From an uncultured Lachnospiraceae bacterium (GTDB lineage: Bacteria > Bacillota > Clostridia > Oscillospirales > CAG-272), in NCBI GenBank assembly GCA_964464905.1, contig CAYXHC010000001.1:1097-65096 (forward strand): 64,000 bases of DNA, in the 5' to 3' direction. Below the pieces are notes generated by a model. It saw only the letters and a program-made list of their open reading frames with translations, ran no database searches and was not told where the DNA came from. Below, in pieces: positions 23,901 through 32,636 of this stretch; position 1 is the stretch's first letter, and each line of letters begins with the position of its first letter. Both the position numbers and the translations under genes were made by a program.

Positions 23901-23938
23901 GAAAAGGTCCTCCGTATGATCTCAGTCATACGGAGGAC
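23901..23938 (-). terminator. Hairpin downstream of the PNPOx-like gene (probable terminator, weak U-tract)
   Basis: 13-bp stem GTCCTCCGTATGA (23907-23919) / TCATACGGAGGAC (23926-23938). On the minus strand it is followed by CTTTTC. Confidence 0.55.
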
Positions 23939-23979
23939 TAACTGTTTTATGAGCGTCCGCCATTGGCGCGGTTTATTAT

Positions 23980-24405
23980 CTAAAATTCGATCTCATATCG
24001 TGTTCCGTGCGAAAAAAGAATGCCACGGGTAAGCTTTATCTCAAGAATCACGATGTTCGGATCTGATTCATCCGTATGTCCGTTATTATACCATTCCGCG
24101 AAAACAGCGCGAAGCTTCGAGGCAATCTCCGCGTTTTTATCGGCGAGTATGTGTCCTCTGCTTTCACCGACGCCGTGGGCGGTGAACCAGTCACCACAGA
24201 TCGAGACATGCGGATTTTCTTCTATTTGAAGCATTTTGTTTGACTTTGCGTGGGTGATAACGTAAAAGCTGCCGTTTTCATAGTAAGCGTTCACAGCGCG
24301 CACATAAGGCGTGTTTTTACTGATCGTTGCAAGTGCGATAAGGTTATCGTGACCGAATCTCTCGTTCATAATCGTCAGCGCTTCGTTTTCATTGCATTTT
24401 GTCAT
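23980..24405 (-). CDS. Pyridoxamine 5'-phosphate oxidase-family (FMN-binding split-barrel) protein
   Basis: 141 aa. By eye the pattern ...LIALATISKNTPYVRAVNAYYENGSFYVITHAKSNKMLQIEENPHVSICG... matches the general-stress-protein-26 / PNPOx-like fold. Confidence 0.65.
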   Translation of the reverse strand: MTKCNENEALTIMNERFGHDNLIALATISKNTPYVRAVNAYYENGSFYVITHAKSNKMLQIEENPHVSICGDWFTAHGVGESRGHILADKNAEIASKLRAVFAEWYNNGHTDESDPNIVILEIKLTRGILFSHGTRYEIEF

Positions 24406-24421
24406 ATCAACACCTCTGTTT

Positions 24422-25612
24422 TTATTTTCCTTTCATTCCTATGCGTTCGTCGGTGAGCCGGTCGAAATATATCGCCCACTTTACGGTGTGGCGCGGGTCG
24501 GGGCGGAGTGAGAAATTGTAAATCCGCTTTTCGTGATAAACGTCGAAGCGGTCTGCAACCGTGATGGGCACAGCGGGGATGTTTTCTGTGGGTACGTTGA
24601 AGGAAAGTGGCTTTCCGAAAAGCTCGCCATCAAAGGAGAAGCTGTCACGGTCAAGACGGCACCTGCCATAGCCTGCGCCCTTTACCATTATACCGTCATT
24701 GTCTGTGGAGGAAAGGGAGGCTTCACTTTCAAGGGGAATGCTCGTATCAAGCTCGCTGTATTGCCACTCATACCACTCGTTGACGGTGGATAAAGGCGCT
24801 CCCGTGAAAACGCAATCGTCGTGGAGAGTGGCGTTAAGACCGCAGGTACAGCGGATGCTTGATTTCTCGGCGGTAAGAGTCCATTCTTTTTTGCAGGAAG
24901 GGCATTTATAGAGTATACCGTCGAGTCCTTCCGCTGTGGCGCAGGTTTTGAATCTTATGCCACGGCATGCGGTCTCGTCGTCGTGACGGAAGGCATCTGC
25001 CATGCGGGAAAAGATCTCTTCCTTTGTGAGCTCAGGTATTTCATCTGCAGAGAAAAGAAGACTACCCGTGATGGTGATCTTTCCGCGGCGAGGCTTTTTC
25101 GCCCACTTGGGGAAAGTGAGTGCGGCACCGTTTGGGATAAGGTGATATACGTTCACCTTAAGCTTTTGTATAAGTGAGACGGTACCCTCTGTGATACGCA
25201 TAGAGTGAGCATACCAGGTGAGTCTGCCCTCGGGAAAAAGAACGATAACATTCCCCGATCTTGCGGCACGCATAATATTCAACACAGCACCCGTATCTGC
25301 GTCAAACATACGCTTTGTGATTGCGTTCATAAGCTTCAGAACGGGGCGAAGAAAGCGATTCATCATAAAGTGTGCGGAAAGCACATATGTGGGACGGTTT
25401 GGCGCGAGAGCAAGGGCTGTAAGAAAATGGTCCTTGTCGGAAAGATGGTTTGACAAAACGAGTGCGGGCCCCTTTATTTTGGGCATATTCTTGTCGATCC
25501 TTACGTTGTAGCGGAGCTTATAATAGATAGATACGATAAAGAGCGCCGGATAAAAAAGCCACGCCGCGGGGCGCTTGAACTTTTTCGCGGCGCGGGCTTT
25601 ATTCTTTTTCAC
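24422..25612 (-). CDS. Lysophospholipid (1-acyl-sn-glycerol-3-phosphate) acyltransferase-family protein with a C-terminal Cys-rich extension
   Basis: The H(X)4D motif is NHLSDKD and the FPEGR motif is LFPEGRLT. The C-terminal part contains CPSCKKEW...CTCG. The GTG start at 25612 lies 1 nt after the cysS stop. Confidence 0.75.
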   Translation of the reverse strand: MKKNKARAAKKFKRPAAWLFYPALFIVSIYYKLRYNVRIDKNMPKIKGPALVLSNHLSDKDHFLTALALAPNRPTYVLSAHFMMNRFLRPVLKLMNAITKRMFDADTGAVLNIMRAARSGNVIVLFPEGRLTWYAHSMRITEGTVSLIQKLKVNVYHLIPNGAALTFPKWAKKPRRGKITITGSLLFSADEIPELTKEEIFSRMADAFRHDDETACRGIRFKTCATAEGLDGILYKCPSCKKEWTLTAEKSSIRCTCGLNATLHDDCVFTGAPLSTVNEWYEWQYSELDTSIPLESEASLSSTDNDGIMVKGAGYGRCRLDRDSFSFDGELFGKPLSFNVPTENIPAVPITVADRFDVYHEKRIYNFSLRPDPRHTVKWAIYFDRLTDERIGMKGK

Positions 25613-25613
25613 G

Positions 25614-27035
25614 TCAGTTGATCTTGTAGGTGGTGCCGTTGGGGGTGTCGATCAGGGTGATACCGCGTTCTGCAAGCTCGGCGCGGATCCTGTCGGCTTC
25701 GGCATAATCCTTGTTTGCTTTCGCCTTTGCTCTTGCGGCGATGGCGTCGAGGATCTCGGGATCGCCGTTTTCAGCCTGACGCGCAGCCTCGTCGCGCTGG
25801 CGCTGTGCTTCTGCGTTTTCAAGAAGATCGAGAGAAAGCACGCGATCGAAATCTGCAAGGAGGGAAAGCTTCGTTGCGTCGGAGATGGGTGCCTTCAGCA
25901 CGTCGTAAAGGGCGGTGACTGCAAGGGAGGTGTTGATGTCGTTGTCGAGCGCTTCGATGAAACGAGCCTTGTATTCATCGAATGCGGCGTTGTCAACGTC
26001 GCCGCCCTCCTTGAGGGATGCGATTTTTGCGATAAGCTTGTTATAAGCTCCGGCAGCGTTGTCAAGGCCTTCCCAGGAGAACACGAGGGACTTGCGGTAA
26101 TGAGATTGCAGGCAGAAGAAGCGGTATGCGACAGGGGCGTATCCCTTTTCCTCAAGGAGCGAAACTGTGAGGAATTCGCCAGTGGATTTGCTCATCTTTC
26201 CGCCGGAGGTGTTCAGGTGAAGCACGTGGACCCAATAGTTGCACCATTTGTGTCCGAGGTAGGCTTCGGACTGCGCGATCTCGTTTGTGTGGTGAGGAAA
26301 TGCGTTATCGATACCGCCGCAGTGGATGTCCAGATGCTCACCGAGATGCTTGATGCTGATGGCGGAGCATTCGATGTGCCAGCCGGGGTAGCCTAGTCCC
26401 CATGGACTGTTCCATTTAAGCTCCTGATCTTCGAATTTGCTTTTCGTGAACCAGAGAACGAAGTCGCACTTGTTGCGTTTTGCTTTGTCCTCCTCAACGC
26501 CCTCGCGAACGCCAACGGCAAGGTCTTCCTCATTCTGCTTGTTGAAAACGTAATATTCAGGGAGCTTAGAGGTGTCAAAATAAACGTTACCGTCGGAGAT
26601 GTAGGCGTATTCCTTTTCGATGAGCTTTCTGATCATCTTGATATAGTCTCCGATGCAGCGTGTTGCAGGCTCGGTGATGTCAGGCCAACGGATATTGAGT
26701 TTTTTTGCATCTGCGCGGAAAGCATCGGTATAGAATTTGGCGATCTCAAGCACCGTCTTGTTTTCGCGGCGAGCACCTTTAAGCATCTTGTCCTCGCCTT
26801 CGTCGGCATCGCTGGAAAGATGTCCGACATCGGTGATGTTCATAACGCGCTTAACGTCGTAACCGGAATAGCGGAGGTACTTATCAAGCACATCCTCCAT
26901 TATATAGGTGCGGAGATTTCCGATATGCGCGAAGTGATAGACGGTGGGGCCACAGGTGTACATGCTGACCTTTCCGGGGGTGTAAGGTGTGAAAAGCTCT
27001 TTTTCGTGAGTTGCGGAATTGTAAAGATAAAGCAT
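25614..27035 (-). CDS. cysS: Cysteine--tRNA ligase
   Basis: The HIGH motif lies in [17 protein letters not shown] and the KMSKS motif in [11 protein letters not shown]. The 473-aa length and overall pattern are typical of CysRS. Confidence 0.95.
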   Translation of the reverse strand: MLYLYNSATHEKELFTPYTPGKVSMYTCGPTVYHFAHIGNLRTYIMEDVLDKYLRYSGYDVKRVMNITDVGHLSSDADEGEDKMLKGARRENKTVLEIAKFYTDAFRADAKKLNIRWPDITEPATRCIGDYIKMIRKLIEKEYAYISDGNVYFDTSKLPEYYVFNKQNEEDLAVGVREGVEEDKAKRNKCDFVLWFTKSKFEDQELKWNSPWGLGYPGWHIECSAISIKHLGEHLDIHCGGIDNAFPHHTNEIAQSEAYLGHKWCNYWVHVLHLNTSGGKMSKSTGEFLTVSLLEEKGYAPVAYRFFCLQSHYRKSLVFSWEGLDNAAGAYNKLIAKIASLKEGGDVDNAAFDEYKARFIEALDNDINTSLAVTALYDVLKAPISDATKLSLLADFDRVLSLDLLENAEAQRQRDEAARQAENGDPEILDAIAARAKAKANKDYAEADRIRAELAERGITLIDTPNGTTYKIN

Positions 27036-27041
27036 AGCGGG

Positions 27042-28226
27042 TTAGATTCCTTTTTCTGATTCTTTTGTTTTGTCCTTTGCGCCATCCTTGATGATAATGA
27101 ATGCGCACGCCGCAAATACTAAAAGCGACACAGCAACGACGGCGAGTACCTCGCCGTTCGTTGAGTTTTCGTTCAGTATAGGCAGGTAGTTGGTGGCGTT
27201 GAATGCCGCGTGGAAGAGTATCGGAACGGTAACGGAGTCGTACTTTTCATAAAGATAAGCAAGGGCGAGGCCAAGGATGAAGGCATAGGAAATGGCGATG
27301 ATGTGCCCGTGAGCTATGCCGAAAATGAAGGAGGAGAAGATGGCGGCGGGTACGGCGGACATTCCTCTTTTAAGGCGCGACTGGATACAGCCGCGGAATA
27401 TAAGCTCCTCCACCAAAGGTGCACCGATGACGACGGAGATTATCTCGATCAAAAATGGACTTTCACCGATGAAGGAATAAAGCTCCTCGTAACCCTTGAG
27501 CGTTTCCTCGGAAAATGGGATGATGTTGAGGATGAATATAACGATAAACTGGAGCGCGATCGCCGCAGGGATAACGGCGTATACGGCAGGTCTTGACAGA
27601 GGCTTCAGCCTGAAGCCTGTGTGCTCGGCAAATGTGCGGTGCTTTAGCTTTGCGATAATCATAAGCACGATAACGGTGACGGCAGATGCAATGGCGCTTA
27701 GAAGGTTATAGTCGATATCCTCGATAGACTCCATCATTATGACGTTCAGCTCTTCCGTAAGCTTATTCATCATCGCCTCGTATTCTTCATCCGTAAGGTC
27801 GTCAACGTCAATGCTTTCTTTGAGGTAATAATCCGTTAAATAATCGGCGGTCGTGTCTACTGCCAAAACTGTTGCGAATACGGTGGCAACGGCGTTCTGC
27901 ACCAAAAGGAAGAGTGTGAAATAGAGCAGTGCATGCCAGATGCCGTGGATGAGCTTTTTTGCAGGAGATGCTTCGGCGGCAGGGGGTGGAACTTCTCGTG
28001 GCGGAATGAATGGGGGAGGCATCGTGGGGTTTTTCATCAGGTCCTCAAGAGGCATACCTTTCACGATATCGTCGGTTATAACGACGTCTTCTTTTTCATT
28101 TTTGTCGCTGTCTTTGGCTTCGTCGGACTTCACCTCGATCTCGCTGTCGTCGGTGAAGGATTTTCCGCAATAGGGGCAATATGTCTCACCATCGTCGGAT
28201 AAACGGAAGCATCGCTTGCAGATCAT
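27042..28226 (-). CDS. Zinc-ribbon plus CPBP-family (CAAX/Abi) intramembrane glutamic endopeptidase
   Basis: The N-terminal zinc ribbon is CKRCFRL...CPYCGK. The CPBP motifs are EELIFRG, FGIAHG and HAAFN, within a multi-TM C-terminal half. Confidence 0.8.
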   Translation of the reverse strand: MICKRCFRLSDDGETYCPYCGKSFTDDSEIEVKSDEAKDSDKNEKEDVVITDDIVKGMPLEDLMKNPTMPPPFIPPREVPPPAAEASPAKKLIHGIWHALLYFTLFLLVQNAVATVFATVLAVDTTADYLTDYYLKESIDVDDLTDEEYEAMMNKLTEELNVIMMESIEDIDYNLLSAIASAVTVIVLMIIAKLKHRTFAEHTGFRLKPLSRPAVYAVIPAAIALQFIVIFILNIIPFSEETLKGYEELYSFIGESPFLIEIISVVIGAPLVEELIFRGCIQSRLKRGMSAVPAAIFSSFIFGIAHGHIIAISYAFILGLALAYLYEKYDSVTVPILFHAAFNATNYLPILNENSTNGEVLAVVAVSLLVFAACAFIIIKDGAKDKTKESEKGI

Positions 28227-28249
28227 TCTTATAATAGTCCTTTCTTTGC

Positions 28250-28966
28250 TTATTCGTTGCTGTTTTTATTATTTTCAAGCGCTTCAAGCCTGATGTTGAT
28301 GCGGCACAGCTCCTGAGCCACGGGGTCTGGAATGTGTACCTGATCGAGATTGTCTATACGGGTGCCGTTCTTCTTTACGATGCGGGCAGGAATGCCAACG
28401 GCGGTGCTGTTTTCCGGAACGGGACCGAGCACGACGGCGTTTGCGGCGATCTTGGTGTTGTCGCCGATGGAAAATCCGCCCAGAACCTTGGCGCCTGCGC
28501 CTATCATAACACCGTTGCCGAGGGTGGGGTGTCGCTTGCCCGTTTCTTTGCCGGTACCGCCCAGAGTTACCCCCTGATAGATGGTGCAGTTGTCTCCGAT
28601 CTCGGCGGTCTCTCCGATCACGACGGCTGAGCCGTGGTCGATGAAAAGACCGTGACCGATTGTGGCGCCGGGATGTATCTCAATGCCCGTTATCAACTTT
28701 GCCGCCTGACTGATCGCGCGCGCTGACGTGAAGCGGTTTTTTTTATATAACGCGTGGGAGATGCGGTGCGCCCAGATGGCGTGTATGCCGGGGTAGAGAA
28801 GCGCCACTTCAAGGTCGCTCTTTGCGGCCGGGTCGCGTTCACGAACCGATTTGATATCGTTTGACATTTCATTTTTTATATTAGTTAATGTGTCGGTGGC
28901 TTTGATGACAGCTCTGCCTGCGTCATGGGCAAGGCAAGCAGCGATTGATATTTGTATCTTACTCAT
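28250..28966 (-). CDS. cysE: Serine O-acetyltransferase
   Basis: It carries RDPAAKSDLEVALLYPGIHAIWAHRISHALYK and hexapeptide repeats (GIEIHPGATIG..., GDNCTIYQGVTLGG...). The start at 28966 is the first ATG after the T-box terminator. An internal ATG at 28867 (MSNDIKSVRERDPAA) is an alternative start. Confidence 0.9.
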   Translation of the reverse strand: MSKIQISIAACLAHDAGRAVIKATDTLTNIKNEMSNDIKSVRERDPAAKSDLEVALLYPGIHAIWAHRISHALYKKNRFTSARAISQAAKLITGIEIHPGATIGHGLFIDHGSAVVIGETAEIGDNCTIYQGVTLGGTGKETGKRHPTLGNGVMIGAGAKVLGGFSIGDNTKIAANAVVLGPVPENSTAVGIPARIVKKNGTRIDNLDQVHIPDPVAQELCRINIRLEALENNKNSNE

Positions 28967-28981
28967 TGATTTGATGACCTT

Positions 28982-29222
28982 TCAAAAAAATAAGCCTCCC
29001 GTGAAATTTTTCACGGGAGGCGGTATGACCGCGGTTCCACTCCGGTTTGTCGCTTTACTCCGCGTAACGTGCGGGGACGTGAGCGCTACTGAAATTTCAC
29101 GCGCAAGACTCACGGACGCACATACGGCACCTCTTTCCGTCCGTTTCAGCCATAGGGACGGTCTCTGAAAAAGCGGCGGGATCCGTTTTCTTTCCGATCA
29201 CAGTCGTAATATTATTTATCTT
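28982..29222 (-). promoter_or_regulatory. T-box leader (tRNA-sensing riboswitch), probably Cys-specific
   Basis: The minus strand carries the T-box sequence AAACCGGAGUGGAACCGCGG (plus 29029-29048). A 13-bp terminator stem follows directly, GCCUCCCGUGAAA / UUUCACGGGAGGC (28993-29020), then UUAUUUUUUU. An AGAGA motif lies in the stem I region. UGC triplets occur in the stem I 3' side (GAGG-UGC-C and UAUG-UGC-G). The exact specifier position is not resolved. Confidence 0.85.
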
Positions 29223-29228
29223 CAATAT

Positions 29229-29257
29229 ATTATATACAAATGAGGCGGATTTGTAAA
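29229..29257 (-). promoter_or_regulatory. SigA-type promoter driving the T-box/cysE operon
   Basis: On the minus strand: TTTACA (29257..29252), 17 nt spacer, TATAAT (29234..29229). Confidence 0.7.
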
Positions 29258-29329
29258 CCCCGAAAAGTTAAATTTAACAGATCCGTTACGAGATAATACT
29301 CTGCTAAATGTAAATACTTATATTTTGTG

Positions 29330-29358
29330 TTGAAGTGTTCGGTATCAGGTGATAAAAT
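29330..29358 (+). promoter_or_regulatory. SigA-type promoter for the 29391 operon
   Basis: TTGAAG (29330-29335), 17 nt spacer, TAAAAT (29353-29358). Confidence 0.6.
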
Positions 29359-29390
29359 ATATCATATAAGAACAGAAAGGATGTTTGCTT

Positions 29391-30434
29391 ATGAACGGGA
29401 AAATACGGTATATCATCACCGCCGTGGCCTGCGATCTGCTTGCTCTTGCGGTGCTGCTGTTTTCGTTTGTGTGGCATCATCACGTCAAGCGCCTTTCCGA
29501 CTCATCCGGTAAAAGTGACGATGCCATCGGTATTATCGGCAGGGATGAGGTCAAAGAGGAAACTGACGGGGAGGACGATGCGGAGGCTGATACAGATCAC
29601 GAAAGCACTGTCGATAAGGGCGATTTCGGAGACACACTCCCAGATGTTTTCGCAGAGAAGGGGGTTGTTGACGAAGGAGACGGCTACTACCGCAGTCACG
29701 ATATATATATGACAGTTACGGAGGTGACAGTCCCCGTTGACGATTATGCGGCGAAATATATCGTTTACGACGTTTATGTTCGTAACATTGAAAACTTGTT
29801 CACAGTGGCAAGTGATTCTCGGCACCCGTTTACGGAGCTGGTCGATGCAGCTGATCCGATCGGAGCCATAAGCGGCGACTTTTGGGGCAACAGCGCTGCC
29901 GTTGCAATAAGAAACGGTACGGTGCTTACGATAAGCGATAACATAGAAAACGACATTTGCGTGCTGTACCGTGACGGAACTATGGAGATCGTGTCTCCCA
30001 ATGAATATTCCGAGGATTATTTCGACGGCAAGGACGTTTATCAGGTGTGGGATTTTGGGCCGTCGCTTCTTAATGTGAAAGGAGAGGCTTACGCTTCCTT
30101 TAGCGACTACAGTGACATAACGTCACGCAATCCGCGTTCTTCTATTGGCTACTACGAGCCGGGACATTACGTTTTCATCGTCGTAGAGGGAAGATTAGAT
30201 CTTATGTATGAGGGCGAACTGACGTATTTCAAGGGAATGAGACTTCCCGACCTTGCGCAGGTATACGAGGAGCTTGGTGTGACCCTTGCGTATAATCTTG
30301 ACGGAGGCGACTCCGCTTTCGCGTACTACGACGGCGAGGTTATACGTCAGGATTATGAAAGAGCAACAGAGTCTGACAAGGAGCCGCGTGAAATATACGA
30401 CATAATTGCCGTTGGCGAGGTGGCGTATGAATAA
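29391..30434 (+). CDS. Membrane-anchored phosphodiester glycosidase-family (DUF2233/NAGPA-like) protein
   Basis: ORF track gives 29385..30434; I used ATG 29391. An N-terminal TM helix is followed by an acidic linker. ...SGDFWGN... and ...LAYNLDGGDSAFAYYDGEVI... resemble the phosphodiester glycosidase family. Confidence 0.65.
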   Translation: MNGKIRYIITAVACDLLALAVLLFSFVWHHHVKRLSDSSGKSDDAIGIIGRDEVKEETDGEDDAEADTDHESTVDKGDFGDTLPDVFAEKGVVDEGDGYYRSHDIYMTVTEVTVPVDDYAAKYIVYDVYVRNIENLFTVASDSRHPFTELVDAADPIGAISGDFWGNSAAVAIRNGTVLTISDNIENDICVLYRDGTMEIVSPNEYSEDYFDGKDVYQVWDFGPSLLNVKGEAYASFSDYSDITSRNPRSSIGYYEPGHYVFIVVEGRLDLMYEGELTYFKGMRLPDLAQVYEELGVTLAYNLDGGDSAFAYYDGEVIRQDYERATESDKEPREIYDIIAVGEVAYE

Positions 30435-30849
30435 GACAAAACGCATTTTTTATAATATTGTCGCACACGGCGCGTTGATCTTATCGGTGGTGGTGATGCT
30501 TTTGCTTTTTGCTGATGCGGCGTATCCTGCCCGTCTTTACGTTAATTCGACGGATACGGGGACGATACTGATCGTGTATTGCGTTTTCGCTTTTGCGGCG
30601 GCGATACTGCGTATACTTTATTCATTTCGCGGCGCGAGAGGCGGGATATTGTCCGTCATCATACCGCACGGTGTAATAGTGATGACTCTCATGACGTTGA
30701 CTCTTGCGATCACGAATATATTTAACCGGTCGATGGGATTTGTAACAAGTGACATTTCTAAGCTCATTTTCGGTTGTCTTGCGGTTTTTGGACTGTTATT
30801 GTCTCTGGGACTCATTGAATGCATTATGAAAGAGGTTGGCAAAGAATGA
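30427..30849 (+). CDS. Hypothetical four-TM membrane protein
   Basis: The internal ATG at 30427 (MNKTKRIFYNIVAHGALILSVVVMLLL) overlaps the upstream stop by 8 nt. Four hydrophobic segments are present. No family was recognised. Confidence 0.55.
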   Translation: MNKTKRIFYNIVAHGALILSVVVMLLLFADAAYPARLYVNSTDTGTILIVYCVFAFAAAILRILYSFRGARGGILSVIIPHGVIVMTLMTLTLAITNIFNRSMGFVTSDISKLIFGCLAVFGLLLSLGLIECIMKEVGKE

Positions 30850-31496
30850 AGGCAGTAATATTTGATATGGACGGTCTAATGCTGGATACGGAGTATCTTT
30901 CCGTTCTTGCATTTGACTATGCCGGAGAAAAGATCGGTATCGGGCCCGCCGGCTATATGAACGACCGAATGATAGGACTCACTTGGGCGGCAACTCAGCC
31001 GATCTGGGTGGCACAGTTCGGTGACAGATACAAAGCCGATGAATTCAAGCAGTATAGAAACGAATTCTTCGCCCGTTATTTTGAAGAAAAAGGCGTTCCG
31101 GTGAAGCCGGGACTTCGTGAGCTTCTGGACTATCTGAAGGAGAGTGGATATAAGCTTGCTGTTGCATCTTCTTCGAGCACGAAAAGCGTAACGTCGCAGC
31201 TTGCCGCTATCGACGTTTTGAAGTATTTCGACGCCGTTATCACGGGGGATATGGTGGAAAGGTCGAAGCCTGCCCCCGATATTTACAGACTTGCCTGCGC
31301 GTCAATAGGCGAGGATCCTATAGACTGCATTGCCCTTGAGGACGGTAAAAACGGAATTTTGTCTGCCCACGGAGCCGGCTGCGGAGTTATTATGGTGCCT
31401 GATATGTGGCAGCCCGACGAGGAAGTGAAGGGAATCGTTCTTTCGATAGAAGAAAGCCTTTTCGGCGTGATGGAACATATAAAAGAACATATATAA
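30846..31496 (+). CDS. HAD-superfamily hydrolase, subfamily IA (beta-phosphoglucomutase-like)
   Basis: The start at 30846 (MKAVIFDMDGLMLDTE) overlaps the upstream stop (ATGA). Motif I is DMDG, motif II is VASSS and motif IV is EDG.NG. The layout is typical of HAD-IA. Confidence 0.8.
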   Translation: MKAVIFDMDGLMLDTEYLSVLAFDYAGEKIGIGPAGYMNDRMIGLTWAATQPIWVAQFGDRYKADEFKQYRNEFFARYFEEKGVPVKPGLRELLDYLKESGYKLAVASSSSTKSVTSQLAAIDVLKYFDAVITGDMVERSKPAPDIYRLACASIGEDPIDCIALEDGKNGILSAHGAGCGVIMVPDMWQPDEEVKGIVLSIEESLFGVMEHIKEHI

Positions 31497-31500
31497 AAGA

Positions 31501-31530
31501 AAAGCTCCCGACGGCAACGTCGGGAGCTTT
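31501..31530. terminator. Bidirectional terminator between convergent genes
   Basis: 13-bp stem AAAGCTCCCGACG (31501-31513) / CGTCGGGAGCTTT (31518-31530) with loop GCAA. It is flanked by A-rich sequence on the left and T-rich sequence on the right. Confidence 0.8.
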
Positions 31531-31537
31531 GATATTT

Positions 31538-32623
31538 TTATATTTTACGTCCTGTGACCTCGGTTGCCTGAAGCTGTGCGCGGACACAAAGTTCTGCCGC
31601 CAGAAGCGCGTGCTCCTGAGTCATTGCGCTTTCGGTGCGGTTGATGCAGTCAAGTATAAGCCTTCCAAAATAGGGGAAGCCGACGGTTCCGTGGGCGTTA
31701 ATGTAATGCTCACCTTTTTTATCGACAAAATAAAGGTTGCTTCCGCCGCCGGATCTTGCAACATCGATATATTTGCGAAGCTCAATATAGCCGTCGGTGC
31801 CGAGAATGAAGGTTCTTCCGTCGCCCCAGGTGCCGAGACCGTCGGGGGTGAACCAGTCAACGCGGAAATATCCCGTGGCACCGCCGTCGCCGATGAGGGT
31901 GGCGTCACCGAAGTCGTCGAGCTCAGGGTACTCGGGGTGGTTATAGTTGCCGATTTTTGCGTTTACGATAGTGGCAGACTTTGAGCCGGTGTAGAAAAGA
32001 AACTGCTCTATCTGATGGCTTCCGATGTCGCAAAGGATGCCGCCGTATTTTTCCTTGATGAAGAACCAGTCGGGGCGGGAGGGGGCGTTGAGTCTGTGGG
32101 GACCCATACCGAGAACCTGCACCACCTTGCCGATGGCGCCGGCTTCTATGAGATTGCCTGCGTATATGGCGGCTTCGTTCTGAAGACGCTCGCTATAGCA
32201 AACGGCGTATTTGCGTCCCGTTTCGATAACGGTGCGGCGCACCTCTTCAAGCTGTGAAAGAGTCGTCAGGGGGGCTTTATCAACGAAGTAGTCCTTGCCT
32301 GCGCGCATCACGCGGATGCCGAGTGCAGCGCGCTCCGACGTGACGCAGGCGGCGGCTACGAGCTTCACTTCATCGTCTGAAAGAATCTCATCCTCTGAAC
32401 GGGCAGCTTTCGCCTGAGGGTAGCGGTGAAGGAAAGCTTCTAACTTTTTGGGATCCGGATCGTATGCCCATTTAATGGTGGCGCCTGCGTCAAGTAGACT
32501 GCCGACCATTCCGTATATGTGTCCGTGGTCCATGCCGATAGCAGCGATGATGAATTCACCCGGCTTTACGACAGGCTGAGGGAAGCCTTCGGGTACATAG
32601 TTCATTCCGTCCATGTGTGCCAT
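31538..32623 (-). CDS. Gfo/Idh/MocA-family NAD(P)-dependent oxidoreductase
   Basis: 361 aa. A Rossmann-type N-terminus (FIIAAIGMDHGHIYGMV) is followed by the alpha/beta C-terminal domain typical of this family. Confidence 0.75.
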   Translation of the reverse strand: MAHMDGMNYVPEGFPQPVVKPGEFIIAAIGMDHGHIYGMVGSLLDAGATIKWAYDPDPKKLEAFLHRYPQAKAARSEDEILSDDEVKLVAAACVTSERAALGIRVMRAGKDYFVDKAPLTTLSQLEEVRRTVIETGRKYAVCYSERLQNEAAIYAGNLIEAGAIGKVVQVLGMGPHRLNAPSRPDWFFIKEKYGGILCDIGSHQIEQFLFYTGSKSATIVNAKIGNYNHPEYPELDDFGDATLIGDGGATGYFRVDWFTPDGLGTWGDGRTFILGTDGYIELRKYIDVARSGGGSNLYFVDKKGEHYINAHGTVGFPYFGRLILDCINRTESAMTQEHALLAAELCVRAQLQATEVTGRKI

Positions 32624-32636
32624 AATGAGTCCTGCC

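Noticed and set aside
23698-23919. 73-aa plus-strand ORF after the P-loop gene
   Set aside because: It has a non-ATG start with no RBS and no recognisable family, and it runs into the terminator hairpin. I treat the 300-nt stretch as non-coding or as a decayed remnant.
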